Source: Mustelus asterias (taxonomy: Eukaryota). Taken from it: DNA of 64,000 bases. Below the pieces are notes generated by a model. That model made no database searches, had not been told where the DNA came from, and saw nothing but the letters and a program-made list of their open reading frames with translations. Of this stretch, positions 60,906 to 64,000 are shown piece after piece (within the stretch, counting starts at the first letter, position 1; each line of letters begins with the position of its first letter). Both the position numbers and the translations under genes were made by a program. The stretch lies in the NCBI RefSeq assembly GCF_964213995.1, contig NC_135822.1, forward strand, positions 25,234,001 through 25,298,000, written 5' to 3'.

Positions 60906-63900
60906 GTATCATATAGATTACAGGAACATAACCATTGCTAAATAAGATATGGTTATTAAAGGTGTTGTTCAGGCTATTGCCAAAGGAACACTACTAAGAT
61001 TCTGACAAGTTGGAAATCTATTTGTTGATCACTAAGAATAGCAAACTCCAAATCATGAGCAGCCAAAGAGTAAGGATCCTGTGAATAAAGCAAAATATAA
61101 TATCCAGTCCCAGGTAATTTGGGTATCTCTGTTGTATTTGTAATGATCTGAACAGCTAGCTGCTTCAACTTAGACCTCTAGTTATGTGCCCTGTGTTCAA
61201 GGTTCAAGTTTGAAACTCTGTTAAAAGTGGTGTTGCTGCCTGAACTATTTGTGTTGAATTATTGCTGCAGGAGTGACAAATGCCACATTGAAGGCCAAAG
61301 CTGACTCAATGCAATTGTGTATAGGGTAACTTAACAATGTGCAGACAGTATTGAGAAACTGGCAGAAGGGTACATGTGTTGATGAGTTCTTGCATTTATG
61401 GTCTGCCTGCTTGTTAAAACTGCCTGCATTTTCCCAATTGCATCTAAAAATGCTAACCTATTTTACATGTGTTAATAGATGCGATGAGAATGATCACATC
61501 TCAACAGTTTATATTGTAATCATTCAAAAATAAAATTAAATGAATGGAAGTACACACAACCAGATATACTCTAGACTGTCAAGTTTCTGGCAAGAAACTA
61601 CCTCCAGATACTGGCATTAATAATTGGCTGTTTAACCACGACATTTTCCAGTAAAATCAGTGAGCGGCGTGAGTTCCATCTGTGCTATAAGTGACTGACT
61701 GGCTGTTTCTAAAATCTTGTGTTATTTAAAAGGGGGGAAAGCTCACCAGGGCACTATAAACAGGTGTGGTACAAGTTGAGTTCAAAGAGCTGTAAAGGGA
61801 AATGCGACTGATTGGTTTAGGGGAAGCTCAGATGGCAGCATAAAAGCAACAGTAGATGGAGGTAGCTGTTGCTAGGTTAGTAGGCCAGAGCAGAATTTAC
61901 TGTGCCCTAAAGAGTGGTAACAGAATGTACCTTTTTCTTGTTTTAAAAAAAAAAGTTGGTGAACCCAGAAACTGACCTTGATCTTGTTATTGAGAACAGT
62001 GTTTAGCGGAAACGTTTCACATTGTCAGACAGGATGCTGCTACTACAGAATCTGGATTTTGAACTTGGTGCAAGGTCCCACTGATTCCAGGTTCAGAAAG
62101 CGTTCAATAATCATTCGTAATATAGGGCGTGTAACAGGAATCAACTCAGCAGAAGTGCAAGAGCTGGAGTTTGAATTCAGGCTGTATCTATTAACAACTA
62201 CAACTTATATTTGTATAACACCTTTTAGCACAGTAAAAGTGCCCCAAGATGCTTCACAGCAGTGTTGTCAAATTAAAAATGGCACCAAAGATTGGGGTGG
62301 ATGAGCTTCATGGAATATTAGGGTGGATGACCAAGAACTTGGTCAAGGAGGTAGGTTTTCAGGAACATGATAAAGGAGGTTTAAGGAGAGAAGTACACTT
62401 TGGCGACTGAAGGCACGGCTGCAATTGGTGGAGTGATTAAAATTGGGGCTGTGCAAGAAGCCAGAATTAGAGCTGTACGGATATTCCAGAGAGTTGGAAG
62501 ACATTACAGAGATAAGGTGTGGCCAAACCATGGAGGGATTTAAAAGCAAGAATGACATTTTTTAAAATCAAGATGGGTTATTCTACTATGCCCCATTGTA
62601 GATCAGTGCGCAGAGGGACAATGGGTAACAGGACTTGGTATGAGTTAGGATACAGGTAGTTGAATTCTATGAGTTTCAGTTTATGTAGGGTGTAAAATGG
62701 GAGGGTAGCCAGGAGTGTCTTGTAATAGTCAAGGTTGAGAAAACCTGCTGAGAAAGAAAGTCCTATTTTCATGCAAATGCAGTGTTTGACCTTGTTTTGC
62801 CAAATGAGCTGCTACTGAGGAACCGGATCCTCCAAGCCTCAGTAGATAAAGTTTCCAATGAAATAAGGATTCTCTCCGTAAAATTGCTCCACAATAGCTC
62901 AACAAAGCTACTGACTTCCAAGCAACATACTATGTTTTTCACAGCAGGTCTGCCATGGAGTAATTTAACAGCATGGGTTCCAATAAAACACAGGGTCTGG
63001 AATTGATTACACTTCAGGAATTCATTGTGAGAGTTTTGGGCTTTGGAAATACCAGTTAGACTCTGAGAGTTATATTTGTAAGCTTTGTGTAATTGAAAAT
63101 ATTTACTGAATTGCACACTATTTAATTGCATGTGTGTGAAATGCTTGATGAGAATCAACTGAGTAGGCAAGGTGCACTATCCATCCACATTTAAGTTATA
63201 GGTAAACAGAATTCTTGCCATGCTGAAATTAATGTCAGTTACTGCCTTCGTTCCTATATTTCTGTTGATTGAGAATATACTGAGGGAGTAGTCTCTGCAG
63301 TAGAACCTTAGCAACTACAAACTGATGAAAGTTCCTTCTCTCTCATATGTTTTTGCGATGAGACTCCAAGCATCTCTTTTATTAATCCCTCACTCTATGC
63401 TTCTGCTTCCCCATCTCCATTGCTGGCATCAATATGCCTTCAGTTGTGCACGGGCCACTGATCCTCCCAGCTGGGGAACATTGCTGGGTGAGAAAGATAA
63501 ATGGGCAAAAAGTATCATAAATTTGTAAAGCGACTGGTTTGTACACAAATATTTACTTGGAAAAATCTAATAATTATGATGTGCAGGCTCCTAGTAATTT
63601 TATACAAATCGTAAGTGACAGTTGTCAGCAGAATCCACGGACAGTTTGCCACACCAGCTGGTTAACATCACGCTGCTGATCCCTCTGTGTGAAACCACAG
63701 AGCATATGTTTCTGGGAACACAAGAGATAGCCAGACTCAGTGCCATTGTTGTTGCTGCTGGACATGTGTTGTTAGTAAACTGAAGCAATTGCTGCATCGA
63801 TCCCTGCTTCATGTAACTAACTACTCCTTTGTTGATTCAGTGGTGTCTCTGTGATGTGGTATGTCTTGGCTCCAATACCATGATATGGTTTTAGCAACTA

Positions 63901-64000
63901 TTCCCCCCCCCCCCCCCCCCCCCCCCCACCACCCACTTCCCCACCTGGTATCTTCTGGGCCAGAAATCACTGACTGACTCCCAACACCCGGGTGCAGGCA

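Noticed and set aside
60022-64000. NECAP2 exon 2
   Set aside because: No recognisable AxxWxLDxPxWxGRLR-type exon; it probably lies beyond the window.

Overview
Eukaryotic vertebrate DNA, very likely a shark or other elasmobranch judged from its V-SINE/HE1-type, Deu-SINE, CR1 and Penelope repeats. Three genes can be spliced by hand. ZBTB17 (Miz-1; BTB plus C2H2 fingers) is on the minus strand, with 10 coding exons at 17909-567, continuing past the left edge. SZRD1 is on the plus strand, complete in 4 exons (151 aa), head-to-head with ZBTB17 across a CpG island. Only exon 1 of NECAP2 (plus strand) is present. Most other ORFs in the track are repeat-derived or spurious. Most notable: (1) a two-copy, hairpin-rich interspersed element headed by the 5' end of U2 snRNA, one copy abutting a ZNF143/Staf-like tandem array in the NECAP2 promoter; (2) palindromic Penelope insertions with minimal hammerhead ribozyme motifs, two at the same position of a duplicated ZBTB17 splice-acceptor segment and one in a tRNA-Gln pseudogene; (3) four clustered miR-128 seed sites just after the SZRD1 stop. 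Exon limits were read from GT/AG and frame. Repeat limits are approximate and family names come from recognition, not database search.
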